Of a stretch of 35,159 nucleotides of DNA, positions 15,927-25,664 are shown piece by piece (position 1 is the stretch's first letter; each line of letters begins with the position of its first letter). The translations under genes were made by a program, and so were the position numbers. The notes under the pieces were generated by a model. It had not been told where the DNA came from. It saw nothing but the letters and a program-made list of their open reading frames with translations, and did no database searches. Source of the stretch: a virus (taxonomy: Duplodnaviria > Caudoviricetes); IMG/VR virus record IMGVR_UViG_3300033405_000050, positions 1 through 35,159 of that record; one strand, given 5' to 3'.

Positions 15927-16976
15927 ATGGACCCCATACTTGAAGCCCTCAAATCCCGGGCCGGTATCCACTTCATGGGGGTGGACCCTGGCTTCCAGGC
16001 CGAAAACGCGGCCAAGGCCCTGCGTTTCATGAACAGCGGCGGTTTTGCCTGCGATGCCCAGCCGAGCTTGGTCAGCACCAGTTCCTCGGGTATCCCGGCC
16101 TTTCTGAGCACCTACATCGACCCCAAGTTGATCGAAATCTTGGTTGCCCCGATGAAGGCCGCCGAGATCGTCGGCGATGAAGTCAAAAAGGGCGACTGGA
16201 CTACCGAAACGGCCATGTTTCTGATGGTCGAATCCACTGGCCAGACTTCCAGCTACGGCGACTATTCCGAAAACGGGTCGGTCGGCGTCAACGCCAACTT
16301 CCCCCAGCGCCAGAGCTACCACTACCAGGTCATGAGCCAGTGGGGCGAGCGCGAGTTGGAGCGGGCCGGGTTGGCTCGGATCGACTGGGCCAACCGGGTC
16401 AATGTCGCGGGTGCTCTGACCCTGAACAAATACCAGAACAAGAGCTATTTCTACGGGATAGCTGATCTGGAAAACTACGGGCTGCTCAACGATCCCAGCC
16501 TGTCCGCCGCCATCGTCCCGGCCACCAAGACCGAGGATTCGACCACGCATTGGACCAACGCCTCGGCCAACGAGGTTTATGCCGACATAGAAGCCCTTTA
16601 CACCCAACTCCAGACCCAGGCTAATGGCCTTGTGGAACTGGACACCAAGATGACCCTGGCCATGTCTCCGACCTCGGAAGTGGCCCTGACCAAGACCACA
16701 CAGTACAATGTGAACGTCTCGGACATGTTGAAGAAGAACTTCCCGAACATGACGGTCAAGACCGCCCCCGAATATGCCACGACCTCGGGCCAGTTGGTGC
16801 AGTTGATCGTGGACGAATACGAAGGCCAGCGCACCGCTTCCTGCGCGTTCACCGAGAAGATGCGGGCTCACCCCATCGTGGTCAAGGCCTCCAGCTTCCT
16901 CCAGAAGAAGAGCCAGGGCACTTGGGGCTGTATCATCTTCCGCCCCGTGTTCATTGCTCAGATGCTCGGCGTGTAG
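15927..16976 (+). CDS. Major capsid protein (DUF2184 family, HK97 fold)
   Basis: GIPAFL.TYIDP, KKGDW, YGDYS..G, RQSYHYQ, WGERELE, YGLLNDP.L, QKKSQGTWG.IIFRP. Confidence 0.93.
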   Translation: MDPILEALKSRAGIHFMGVDPGFQAENAAKALRFMNSGGFACDAQPSLVSTSSSGIPAFLSTYIDPKLIEILVAPMKAAEIVGDEVKKGDWTTETAMFLMVESTGQTSSYGDYSENGSVGVNANFPQRQSYHYQVMSQWGERELERAGLARIDWANRVNVAGALTLNKYQNKSYFYGIADLENYGLLNDPSLSAAIVPATKTEDSTTHWTNASANEVYADIEALYTQLQTQANGLVELDTKMTLAMSPTSEVALTKTTQYNVNVSDMLKKNFPNMTVKTAPEYATTSGQLVQLIVDEYEGQRTASCAFTEKMRAHPIVVKASSFLQKKSQGTWGCIIFRPVFIAQMLGV

Positions 16977-17005
16977 CCAGAACCACAAGCAAGAAGGAAA
17001 TAGAT

Positions 17006-17335
17006 ATGCCCGGAAAAGTAATCGTCGGATGCAAGCTCCCTCACGGGCTGGTCATCTCCCACCCGAACGCCCCGGAGAAAAAAGCCGTGATCCAGGGCTT
17101 GAACAAGTCCATCATCAAGGGTGCTTCGCACGTCATGACTCATGTGGACGCCGATTTGTGGGAGGCCTGGGCCTCCACGCACAAGGACTTCCCGGCTCTC
17201 AAGTCCAAGGCCATCTTCGTGGCCAAGACCCAGGATGAAGCCGATGGGAAGTCCAAGGACCTGTCCAAGGTCAAGACTGGACTGGAGCCGATGCCGCAGG
17301 AAGCCTTGGGCGTCAAAAAGGATGACGGGAAATAG
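17006..17335 (+). CDS. Conserved hypothetical virion/assembly protein
   Basis: V.VGCKLPHGL...T.VD.D.WE.W...KTGLEP motif seen after the capsid gene in this phage type. RBS AAGGA. Confidence 0.75.
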   Translation: MPGKVIVGCKLPHGLVISHPNAPEKKAVIQGLNKSIIKGASHVMTHVDADLWEAWASTHKDFPALKSKAIFVAKTQDEADGKSKDLSKVKTGLEPMPQEALGVKKDDGK

Positions 17336-17337
17336 CC

Positions 17338-17754
17338 ATGAACGGCTCTGTCGTCTTCGATCAGTCCGCCTTTCTGGCGCGATACCCTGAGTTTTCGGGC
17401 GTATCGAACGCCACGCTTTCGGCGTGCTTTGGCGAAGCGACTTTGTATCTATCTAACGGGCCATCCAGTCCTGTTCAGGATTTGTGCCGCCGTGCGGTGC
17501 TCTTGAACATGCTGACCGCCCATATCGCCTATCTGGGAGGGAGCCTGTCCGCCGATGGCCAGGCCCTCCCCGTAGGCCGTGTTTCCAGCGCCACCGAGGG
17601 GGCTGTGACGGCCCAGCTTGAATACATGGTCCCGGGTTCACATAGTTGGTACACACAAACTGCCTATGGTGCTGCCTTCTGGCAGGCCACGCTTTCGCTC
17701 CGAAGCTTCCGCTACGTGACGGGGCCTGATCGTCCCGACCGGGGGTGGTTGTAA
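17338..17754 (+). CDS. Head-tail adaptor (DUF4054)
   Basis: F..RYPEF, LLNMLTAHIA, VGRVSSATEG.V, W..QT.YG..FWQA. Confidence 0.88.
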   Translation: MNGSVVFDQSAFLARYPEFSGVSNATLSACFGEATLYLSNGPSSPVQDLCRRAVLLNMLTAHIAYLGGSLSADGQALPVGRVSSATEGAVTAQLEYMVPGSHSWYTQTAYGAAFWQATLSLRSFRYVTGPDRPDRGWL

Positions 17755-18197
17755 TGGCAGTCATCAAGGGCGGCGACAAGGCGGCGGATGTGCTGAAGAC
17801 CATCGGAGACAAGGCCAGGGGGCTTACACTTTCCGTGGGCTTCTTTGAAGGGGCAACCTACCCCGATGGCACTTCCGTTCCCGAAGTGGCCTTCACCAAT
17901 GAATTCGGGGTGCCTCAGCACCACCAGCCGCCGCGCCCCTTCTTCCGGGGCATGATTGCGCAAGAGTCTTCGTCCTGGGGGCCGAAGATCGCGGCGGCCA
18001 TGAAGGGGACCGGCAACGATGGGGAAAGGTCCCTGGAACTGGTCGGGGACAACATCAAGGGCGCATTGATTCAAAGTATTACCGACTTGACTTCGCCCCC
18101 TCTCGCGCCTGCGACTATCGCTCGCAAGGGCTTTGACAAGCCGTTGGTAGATACCGGCCAGATGCGCAACTCGATCACGTTCAAGGTGGATGGCTAA
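17754..18197 (+). CDS. Neck/tail-completion protein
   Basis: VGF.E.ATYPDG, NEFG, PPRPFFR, PPLAP.TIARKG.DKPL.DTG.M. Confidence 0.85.
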   Translation: MAVIKGGDKAADVLKTIGDKARGLTLSVGFFEGATYPDGTSVPEVAFTNEFGVPQHHQPPRPFFRGMIAQESSSWGPKIAAAMKGTGNDGERSLELVGDNIKGALIQSITDLTSPPLAPATIARKGFDKPLVDTGQMRNSITFKVDG

Positions 18198-18574
18198 TGG
18201 ACCTGCGCTCGCTCGCCAATCGCTCGGCCACCATGGTCAATCCGAATGAACTGGTCACGGTTCTGATCTCCACGGGATACACCACGGGAGCAGGGCAGAA
18301 ACAAGTGCCGACCTACGCGCCTCCGGTCATTGGGCCAGCGCAGATTCAGGCCTTGGACGATAAAGACTTGAAGCTCTTGGAAGGGTTGAACATTCAGGGG
18401 TACACGAAAGCAATTTTCCTACGCGGCATCCTGGCAGGCGTCATTCGGCCCGACAGTAAGGGCGGCGATCTGATCCAGACTCAGGACGGCAAGTCCTGGC
18501 TTGTGGTCAAAATCCTTGAGGGTTGGCCCACCTGGACCAAGGCGGCCATGGTACTCCAGGGGGGAACATCGTGA
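18197..18574 (+). CDS. Head-closure protein
   Basis: Synteny. AQIQAL, LNIQG, KGGDL, WLVVK.LE.WP.W. Confidence 0.75.
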   Translation: MDLRSLANRSATMVNPNELVTVLISTGYTTGAGQKQVPTYAPPVIGPAQIQALDDKDLKLLEGLNIQGYTKAIFLRGILAGVIRPDSKGGDLIQTQDGKSWLVVKILEGWPTWTKAAMVLQGGTS

Positions 18575-19092
18575 CCGCCGAATACGCCCCCGACACCACG
18601 GTTGACGATATCATGGACGCCCTGGCGGCCTTCATCCTGCCATTTGTCCCGGGCGGCCAGATTGTTCGGGGCCAGGTTAGCCGCGTGGCACTACCCCCCG
18701 ATCCCTTCATCCTTCTGACTGAGATTGGACAGTACGATATCGACGTACCGCACGAATACTACCAGCAGGAAGCAGGCACGGCCACGCTCATAGGCCCTAA
18801 GCGCATTGATGTGCAGGCCGACTTTTACGGTTCGGTTTCCGGAGATTACTGCAATGCGGTCAAAACTGCATTTCGCACAATGTGGGGAATAGATCAGTTC
18901 CCGGAGAACATACAGCCACTCTATACTTCGGATGCTAGGCAGATTCCCTTGATAACCGGCGAAGAGCAGTATGAAACCCGGTGGATGATTACCTTGTCCT
19001 TGCAGTACAACCCCAAGATAGTTGTCCCGCAACAGTTCGCGGATATGCTTACTCCTGAGGGACTTGTTCCTGTTGATGTGTTTTTCAAGTAG
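18571..19092 (+). CDS. Tail terminator/neck protein
   Basis: GTGA overlap, immediately before the sheath. Q.DFYG, PLY.SD, E.QYE.RW, LQYN. Confidence 0.75.
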   Translation: MTAEYAPDTTVDDIMDALAAFILPFVPGGQIVRGQVSRVALPPDPFILLTEIGQYDIDVPHEYYQQEAGTATLIGPKRIDVQADFYGSVSGDYCNAVKTAFRTMWGIDQFPENIQPLYTSDARQIPLITGEEQYETRWMITLSLQYNPKIVVPQQFADMLTPEGLVPVDVFFK

Positions 19093-19119
19093 AAACCTTC
19101 TTAATGAGAGGACACAATA

Positions 19120-20841
19120 ATGACGATACCGGCCAGTAACATCGTAAGCGTGAACCCGGGGGTCATTGGGGCCGGTGGAGTCCCGTTGGCCATGAACGGG
19201 GTCTTTCTGACCCAGAATACCCTCGTTCCCACGGGTGAGGTTCTGTCCTTCGTAAGCGCCGAAGAAGTCTCGGCTTTCTTTGGGCCGGCCTCGGAAGAGT
19301 ATGCCTTGGCCCAGATTTATTTCCTGGGCTATGATAACTCGACCATCAAGCCGGGAACGATCATCTTTGCCCCCTTTAACCTGACCGCTCGGGCGGCCTG
19401 GGTTCAGGGTGGCTCGCTGGAAGGAATGACCCTGACCCAGCTCCAGGCTCTTTCCGGTTCTCTGTCCGTGGTCATGGACGGTTATACTCACACCGCTTCC
19501 TCGATCAACCTGTCCACGGCTACCAGCTTCTCGGATGCCGCGAACAAGATTGCCACGGCCTTGGATGCTTCCGAGCCGACCGAGGCCACGGGCACCGGCT
19601 CCATATCCGGTTCCGTCATGACCATAACGAGCCTCTCGACCGGCACCTTTGAGCCTGGGCAGACCGTGACCGGTTCCAGCGTAACGGCGGGCTCCATCAT
19701 CACGGCGCAACTCACCAGCACGGAGCCCGGTTCTACGAATGGCGGCACTGGCACTTACCAGCTTGCAGCCTCTTCCACCGTGGGCTCTGGCGCGACTCTC
19801 ACCGCCTCCGCTACGGCCATCTCGGTGACCTGGAACAGCATACAGGCGGCCTTCGTGATCTCCTCGGGCATTACTGGCACGGAATCGACCGTGGCCTATC
19901 CCTCCGGGACCATCGCCGCCGGACTAAATCTGACCAGCGCCACCGGGGCCATCCTGTCTCAGGGTGCGGCCCTGGATACCCCGACCACGGCCATGGCCAA
20001 CGTGGTCGAGAATACCCAAAATTGGGTAAGCTTCACCACCATCTGGGAGCCGGTCATTGCTGATAAGGAAAACTTCGCGGTCTGGGTTAATGCCCAGAAC
20101 CAGCGATATTGCTACATTTGCTGGGATACCGATGCCCAGGCCATCGTGGAAGGGGCTACGACTTGCTTTGGGGCTGTTGCCAATGCCAACGCCTATGATT
20201 GCGTGGTCCCGGTTTACAATACCGTGAACCTGGCCGCGTTCGTCCTGGGGGCCATCGCCAGCATCAACTTCAGCGAGACGAACGGTCGCATCACCACGGC
20301 CTTTAAGAGCCAGTCCGGAATGGCCCCGACCGTGACCGATGCCCAAGTCGCCGCGAACCTTCTGGCCAATGGCTACAGCTTCTATGGCTCATACGCCACG
20401 GCAAACAATGGGTTCGTGTTCTTCTACAACAGCCACATGAGCGGCAAATGGCTTTGGCTGGATACCTTCGTGGATCAGGTTTATCTCAACTCCCAACTCC
20501 AGCTTGCCCTCATGGAATTGCTCACCAGCGTTGGGGCCATCCCGTACAATCAGAAGGGTTACACCCTGGTCCGGGCCGCCATGCTGGACCCGATCAACCA
20601 GATGCTCAATTTCGGCGGCATACAGACCGGGATCAACCTGTCGCTCTCCCAGAAATCCCAGCTTGCCTACCAGGCTGGCCAGGACGTGAGCAACATCGTT
20701 GAGAATACCGGCTATTACATGCAGGTGCTCGACCCGGGCGCGCAGGTGCGCGGCAATCGGGGAACCCCGGTCATCAACCTATGGTACACCGATGGCGGCT
20801 CGGTCCAGCAGATCAGCTTGGCTTCCATTGACATCATCTAG
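19120..20841 (+). CDS. Tail sheath protein (DUF3383)
   Basis: IPAS.IV.VNPGV, FG..S.EY..A..YF.G, QNW.SF, SG...W.D, IPYN..G, WYTDGGSVQ. Confidence 0.93.
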   Translation: MTIPASNIVSVNPGVIGAGGVPLAMNGVFLTQNTLVPTGEVLSFVSAEEVSAFFGPASEEYALAQIYFLGYDNSTIKPGTIIFAPFNLTARAAWVQGGSLEGMTLTQLQALSGSLSVVMDGYTHTASSINLSTATSFSDAANKIATALDASEPTEATGTGSISGSVMTITSLSTGTFEPGQTVTGSSVTAGSIITAQLTSTEPGSTNGGTGTYQLAASSTVGSGATLTASATAISVTWNSIQAAFVISSGITGTESTVAYPSGTIAAGLNLTSATGAILSQGAALDTPTTAMANVVENTQNWVSFTTIWEPVIADKENFAVWVNAQNQRYCYICWDTDAQAIVEGATTCFGAVANANAYDCVVPVYNTVNLAAFVLGAIASINFSETNGRITTAFKSQSGMAPTVTDAQVAANLLANGYSFYGSYATANNGFVFFYNSHMSGKWLWLDTFVDQVYLNSQLQLALMELLTSVGAIPYNQKGYTLVRAAMLDPINQMLNFGGIQTGINLSLSQKSQLAYQAGQDVSNIVENTGYYMQVLDPGAQVRGNRGTPVINLWYTDGGSVQQISLASIDII

Positions 20842-20852
20842 GAGCAAAAACA

Positions 20853-21293
20853 GTGAGCAATCCCAATACCATTACCAGCGCGAATAGCGTTTTTATCCTG
20901 ACCGCCCCGGACCTCTATCCGGCGGGAGTGTTGATCCAGGGATACGCCGTGGATAAGGCATTTGCCACGGATGCTCTGGAGATCGCGGAAACCATGATGG
21001 GCGTGGATGGCCAGCTTACGGGTGGGTATACTCCCGCTCCCGTCAAGATGACCGTTTCTCTTCAGGCGGACAGCCCGAGCAAGGACATCTTCTCGAATCT
21101 GGTCAGAACCACCAAGACGCAAAGGGATATCATCTATCTGAACGCGGTCATTACCCTGCCCGGCCCTGGGGAAATCTACACCTGCACCAACGGCATCCTG
21201 ACCACGGCCAAACAGATGCCCGACGGGCAAAAGGTTCTACAGCCTCAGGACTTTGTGATAACCTGGGAAAGCGTGGATATTTCCCTGCTCTAA
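20853..21293 (+). CDS. Tail tube protein
   Basis: TITSANS, MGVDG.L.GGY, LQADSPS. 146 aa, follows the sheath. Confidence 0.88.
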   Translation: MSNPNTITSANSVFILTAPDLYPAGVLIQGYAVDKAFATDALEIAETMMGVDGQLTGGYTPAPVKMTVSLQADSPSKDIFSNLVRTTKTQRDIIYLNAVITLPGPGEIYTCTNGILTTAKQMPDGQKVLQPQDFVITWESVDISLL

Positions 21294-21305
21294 GGATCAA
21301 ACGAC

Positions 21306-21752
21306 ATGGCACGTAAAACGCTACAGTACACGGTGCAGGATGAAGGCCGCGACAAGGGCAAGGTCTTCCTTATCACCGAAATGTCCGCCAGCCACGCCGA
21401 GTCATGGGCGGCCAGAGCCATCCTGGCCCTCATGGCGGGGGGCGTGGAGCTTCCCGAGGGCTTTGAACGATTCGGTATGGCTGGCATTGCCGAACTTGGT
21501 ATCAAGGCCCTTTCCCGGCTCAAATGGGAGGATGCCCAGCCACTCTTGGACGAGATGTGGGCATGCGTTCAGATACTCCCCAATCCGGCCAAGCCCAACA
21601 TCATCCGGGCGTTGATCGAGGAAGACATTGAAGAGGTGGCCACGCGGGTCAAGCTCCGTGCTGAGATATGGAAGCTCCACGTGGGTTTTTCGCAGGCCGC
21701 CGCCAAGTCGAATTCGGGAGACTCCCCGGCGTCGGCCATAAAAAGGCCTTAG
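21306..21752 (+). CDS. Tail assembly chaperone (G-like)
   Basis: GRDKGKVF.ITEM, LLDEM..CV, DIEEV.T...LR. Lies between the tube and tape measure genes. Confidence 0.85.
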   Translation: MARKTLQYTVQDEGRDKGKVFLITEMSASHAESWAARAILALMAGGVELPEGFERFGMAGIAELGIKALSRLKWEDAQPLLDEMWACVQILPNPAKPNIIRALIEEDIEEVATRVKLRAEIWKLHVGFSQAAAKSNSGDSPASAIKRP

Positions 21753-21913
21753 CGGAGTACGTGAATGTGCCGGCGATCATTGGCACACTGGTTTCAAGGC
21801 ATATGGCGACGTTGAATGAACTTCAAACGGTCTACGGGACAGAGGATGCTTACAACATGCTTGAGATAGTGGCCGTGGACTCATACAACGATGCTCTCTT
21901 GAGGCAGGAATAA
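21683..21913 (+). CDS. -1 frameshift extension of the tail chaperone (GT-like)
   Basis: Slippery heptamer G-GGT-TTT at 21683-21689 in the chaperone frame. The -1 frame is open to 21913 and encodes ATLNELQTVYG.ED.YN.LE. Confidence 0.8.
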   Translation, partial: GFFAGRRQVEFGRLPGVGHKKALAEYVNVPAIIGTLVSRHMATLNELQTVYGTEDAYNMLEIVAVDSYNDALLRQE

Positions 21914-21915
21914 CG

Positions 21916-23916
21916 ATGCCGACCATTATCGACTCCCTCATTATGACTCTTGGCCTCGATACCAAGGATTATGATGCCGGGAGCCAGAAGGTTGATAAGA
22001 GCCTCAAGGCCACGGGTGCCTCTGCCGAAGCCGCAGGGAAAAAGCTGAAGCAGACAGGGGCTGATGGTGCGGCTGGTTTCAACACCCTGGCCAAGAGTGC
22101 AATCAAGTTCCTGGCTCTTCTGGGCAGCACCTTCGCCGTAAAGCAGTTCGTCCAACAGACCATTGAATCTAGTGCAGCGCTCGACCGCTTGGCCAAAAAC
22201 CTTGGGGAAGCCACCGAGTCTCTTTCCGCATGGGGCAATGCCGCCGAAATCGCGGGCGGCACATCCAAGGGCCTTGAAGGCACTATGGGGATGCTTTCCA
22301 AGGCCCAGACCGATTTGCGGCTGACTGGGGAATCCTCGCTTATCCCATACTTCTCCATGCTGCATGTGGCCATGGCGGACACAGCCGGAAAGGCCCGGCC
22401 CGTGAGTGACATCTTGCTCGACCTGGCCGATAGGTTCAGTAAGATGGATAGGCGCACAGCTTTCAACATCGGCCAGCGCATGGGGATTGATGAAGGGACC
22501 ATGAACTTGCTGTTACAGGGCAGACAGCAAGTCGAGGCCATGATTCGTGCGCAAAAAGAATACAACGCGGTCACGGAACAACAGGCCGAACAGTATAGTC
22601 ATCTTCTGGCGCGGCTCGTGGGAATGGGCCAATCCTTCGAGGCCCTGGGGCGCCGGGTGCTATCCGATGCGATGCCTTACTTGGAAAAAATCCTGGACGT
22701 CCTCAATGGACTGGGGGACTGGATCAAGGCCAACTCCACCTTTGTCGAAGCGTTCCTTACCATCCTGGCCGTGGGCATCGCAGCCGTGGTCGTGGCGGCT
22801 CTTCCCTTCACGGGCACAGCCGCCGCCATCCTCGCCGTTGCGGCGGCTATCGCGGCCCTCTATGACGACTATAAGACCTGGCAGGCCGGCGGGAAAACTC
22901 TCATAGACTGGGATTCCTGGGCACCGGGGATAAAATCCGCCATTGATGCGATAGCAAATCTTAGGGAAACATTCTCCTCCATGTATGAGGAGTTCAAGGA
23001 GAAACATCCCAAGCTCGCGGCGGTTCTTGAGGACTTGGGCGGCGGCCTCAAAATTTATGGCCAGATCATCCTCGAAAGCACCGTGGAATCCTTCAAACAG
23101 CTTTTTAGTTGGGTGGGCAAGGTTTACGGGGTTCTCGGACAGGTAGGGGATTGGGTGCTTGGCTACCTGGATAAGCTCGCGGAGAAGATGCCCAAAGACT
23201 GGATCACCAACAAGATGAAGGAGGGCCAGGATACAGTACATGGATTTTGGCAGGGCAGACCCACAGTTCCTGAGTCCGGGCCAGCCAAAGAGCGTGAAGC
23301 CAGCGCCATGGCTTATTTCCAATCCCAAGGCTGGTCCAAAGAGCAGGCTGCCGGGATCGTCGCCAACATCAAAACGGAATCCGGATTTAATCCGCAAATC
23401 CCCGGGGACAACGGGAAAGCTTATGGTATCGGGCAGTGGCACTCCGACCGCCAAGCCAACTTCCAAAAGGTCTTTGGTCATCCGATCCAGCAATCCACCT
23501 ACGAAGAGCAGCTTGCTTTTGTTCAATGGGAATTGACCCATACGGAGAAATCCGCCGGGGATGCTCTCAAGGGTGCGCAGACCGCCCAGCAATCGGGAGG
23601 CATTGTCTCCAATCAGTATGAACGCCCCGCCGACATTGCGGGGGAATCGCAAAGACGTGGAGAATTGGCCCAATCTCTCATGGGATTCCCGGGGGCATCT
23701 GCCGCCGCCGCCGGGGCCGGGGCCGCTGAATCCGCGCAATCCAAGGCCGCCTCACAGTCCGGCACCATAGCCGACAATTCTGACCGCAGTACCGAAACCA
23801 ACATTGGAACCATGGTCATCAATACCCAGGCCACGGATTCGGACGGCATTGCCAAGAGCATGAAGCAATCCGTGGACTACCTCTTCACCTCCCAGGCAAA
23901 CTACGGGCTGGCTTAA
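21916..23916 (+). CDS. Tape measure protein with phage tail lysozyme domain
   Basis: IIDSLI.TLGLD N-terminus, helical Ala-rich body with a hydrophobic segment, GWSKEQAAGIVANIKTESGFNP...GDNGKAYGIGQW. Confidence 0.92.
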   Translation: MPTIIDSLIMTLGLDTKDYDAGSQKVDKSLKATGASAEAAGKKLKQTGADGAAGFNTLAKSAIKFLALLGSTFAVKQFVQQTIESSAALDRLAKNLGEATESLSAWGNAAEIAGGTSKGLEGTMGMLSKAQTDLRLTGESSLIPYFSMLHVAMADTAGKARPVSDILLDLADRFSKMDRRTAFNIGQRMGIDEGTMNLLLQGRQQVEAMIRAQKEYNAVTEQQAEQYSHLLARLVGMGQSFEALGRRVLSDAMPYLEKILDVLNGLGDWIKANSTFVEAFLTILAVGIAAVVVAALPFTGTAAAILAVAAAIAALYDDYKTWQAGGKTLIDWDSWAPGIKSAIDAIANLRETFSSMYEEFKEKHPKLAAVLEDLGGGLKIYGQIILESTVESFKQLFSWVGKVYGVLGQVGDWVLGYLDKLAEKMPKDWITNKMKEGQDTVHGFWQGRPTVPESGPAKEREASAMAYFQSQGWSKEQAAGIVANIKTESGFNPQIPGDNGKAYGIGQWHSDRQANFQKVFGHPIQQSTYEEQLAFVQWELTHTEKSAGDALKGAQTAQQSGGIVSNQYERPADIAGESQRRGELAQSLMGFPGASAAAAGAGAAESAQSKAASQSGTIADNSDRSTETNIGTMVINTQATDSDGIAKSMKQSVDYLFTSQANYGLA

Positions 23917-24489
23917 ATGGCACTCTCGACTGATACCACCTGGGGAATTTTCGATAGCTCTGGGAATTCACTTTTCCAGTCGCTTTCTCTCACCCTAATT
24001 TCTTCAAGCACGAGGCTTTCCACGGCCTCGGTGGAATATCACAAGGAAGCCCGGGTCAGTGATTTCCCCGTGGAACAGGGCAGCTTTGCCAGCTACAACA
24101 AGGTGGAAACTGGAGCCAATCCGGTTGTGGTGCTGTGCCTTTCCGGGAGCGATTCCGATAGGACCACCTTTTTCAACACCCTAGAAACGGCGGTAAAATC
24201 TACCGATCTCTACAGCATCATAACCCCTGAAATTACCTACATAGATTACACGCTCGAACGCTACAACTATTCCCGGAAGAATGACCGGGGGGCAACCCTT
24301 ATCACAGTGGAGATCGCCTTAAAGCAGATACGCCAGGTGTCTGCTCAATATTCAAACTCGACGATCAATGCTCCCCAGGACCCAGGGGCCACTCCTTCGG
24401 TAGACTCCGGGAATGTCCAGGGCGCCACGGCCACCACGGCCACGCAAACACAATCTCAAAGCCTTCTTAGCCAATACTTTGGGAATTGA
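23917..24489 (+). CDS. Baseplate/tube-initiator (Dit-like) protein
   Basis: SDFPVEQGSFASYNKV..P, Y.IITPE..Y. Follows the tape measure gene. Confidence 0.8.
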   Translation: MALSTDTTWGIFDSSGNSLFQSLSLTLISSSTRLSTASVEYHKEARVSDFPVEQGSFASYNKVETGANPVVVLCLSGSDSDRTTFFNTLETAVKSTDLYSIITPEITYIDYTLERYNYSRKNDRGATLITVEIALKQIRQVSAQYSNSTINAPQDPGATPSVDSGNVQGATATTATQTQSQSLLSQYFGN

Positions 24490-24490
24490 C

Positions 24491-24793
24491 ATGATCCAGA
24501 TACCGCTTATAGCCGAACCTTCCCAGACTGTAAAAATAGTCTTGAATGGGCAAAATATCCAGATTTCTGTCTATACTAAGGATAGCGGACTTTTTGTAGA
24601 CATAAACTCAAATGGGACCGATATTGTTGTTGCGGTCCTGGCCTTGAATGGAGTCCCAATCATCTGCCGGGAGTACATGGGGTTCCTGGGGAACATGATA
24701 TTTATAGATACCCAGGGGTCAAATGATCCTACATATGATGCTCTGGGCTCCAGATATCAACTGATCTACATGGACCAGACAGAATATGTCTAG
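24491..24793 (+). CDS. Small baseplate protein
   Basis: IPL...PSQ....LNGQ, F.DTQG..DP.Y..LGSRY.L.Y. Confidence 0.8.
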   Translation: MIQIPLIAEPSQTVKIVLNGQNIQISVYTKDSGLFVDINSNGTDIVVAVLALNGVPIICREYMGFLGNMIFIDTQGSNDPTYDALGSRYQLIYMDQTEYV

Positions 24794-25664
24794 TTTCACA
24801 AACAAAAAGGCGCTTAAATTCATTCTCACCCTTGGTACGGGCAAGTTCGGATCAAGTGATAATGATACATTAATACTTGAGGGTTTTCGCGCCCTGTGTT
24901 ATATAGAAAAGGCCGGGGGCACCATGTTCGGTACGCTTCAGGCTAAGATATATGGTGTGTCCATGTCCCACATGAATAGCATAACTACCACGCAATGGAA
25001 GAATCCAGATACCATCATCCCCAACACCGTGCAAGTTTACGCTGTTGATGGGTCTCAATCCACCTTGGTGTTCCAAGGAAACATAATCAATGCCTGGGGG
25101 GACTTCCGGGGAATGCCTGATGCTTACCTTCACATTCAGGCCCAAGAGCAGTACATGAATAAGATTCAGGCTGTTCCCCCCGTAAGTTATAAGGGACAAA
25201 TCGACGTGGCTACGATCATGTCTCAACTTGCGGGCAACCTCGGGCTGGCCTTCGAGAATAACGGGGTGAATGTCCAGCTTTCGGATGTTTACTTAGCCAA
25301 TACCGGGACAGAGCAAGCCATGGAACTGGCCAAAATGGCCGGTTGCACCATTTACTTTGACAATCAAACCCTGGCGATTGCCCCGAAGAATACGCCCCGG
25401 GGAGGGCAGAATATTCCCCTGATTTCGAAAGATACGGGCCTTGTCGGCTATCCGACCTTCGACGGCATAGGCGTGGTCCTGCGGTGCTTGTTCAATCCGG
25501 CAATCGGGTTCGGCAAGCCTTTTCAACTCGCTACGGATATCCCCCGGGCGAACGGTCAATGGTTCGTGGTTTCCATGTCCCACCATCTCGAAAGCGAAAT
25601 GCCCGGCGGGGAATGGTTCACCATGATCCGAGGAAACCAAAGTGGCCTCGCCATCACCCAATAG
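24786..25664 (+). CDS. Baseplate hub protein
   Basis: L.FENNGV...L, GLVGYPT, CLFNP.I..G, H.LES..PGG.WF. Synteny. Confidence 0.82.
   Translation: MSSFTNKKALKFILTLGTGKFGSSDNDTLILEGFRALCYIEKAGGTMFGTLQAKIYGVSMSHMNSITTTQWKNPDTIIPNTVQVYAVDGSQSTLVFQGNIINAWGDFRGMPDAYLHIQAQEQYMNKIQAVPPVSYKGQIDVATIMSQLAGNLGLAFENNGVNVQLSDVYLANTGTEQAMELAKMAGCTIYFDNQTLAIAPKNTPRGGQNIPLISKDTGLVGYPTFDGIGVVLRCLFNPAIGFGKPFQLATDIPRANGQWFVVSMSHHLESEMPGGEWFTMIRGNQSGLAITQ

Noticed and set aside
15927-16976. Bacterial encapsulin operon instead of a phage capsid
   Set aside because: The HK97-fold gene sits in a complete terminase-portal-protease-tail module, so it is a true phage major capsid protein.
15474-16988. 504-aa minus-strand ORF (likewise 13596-14810, 18691-19710, 22660-23739)
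   Set aside because: Antisense shadows of GC3-rich structural genes, with no recognisable motifs or RBS.
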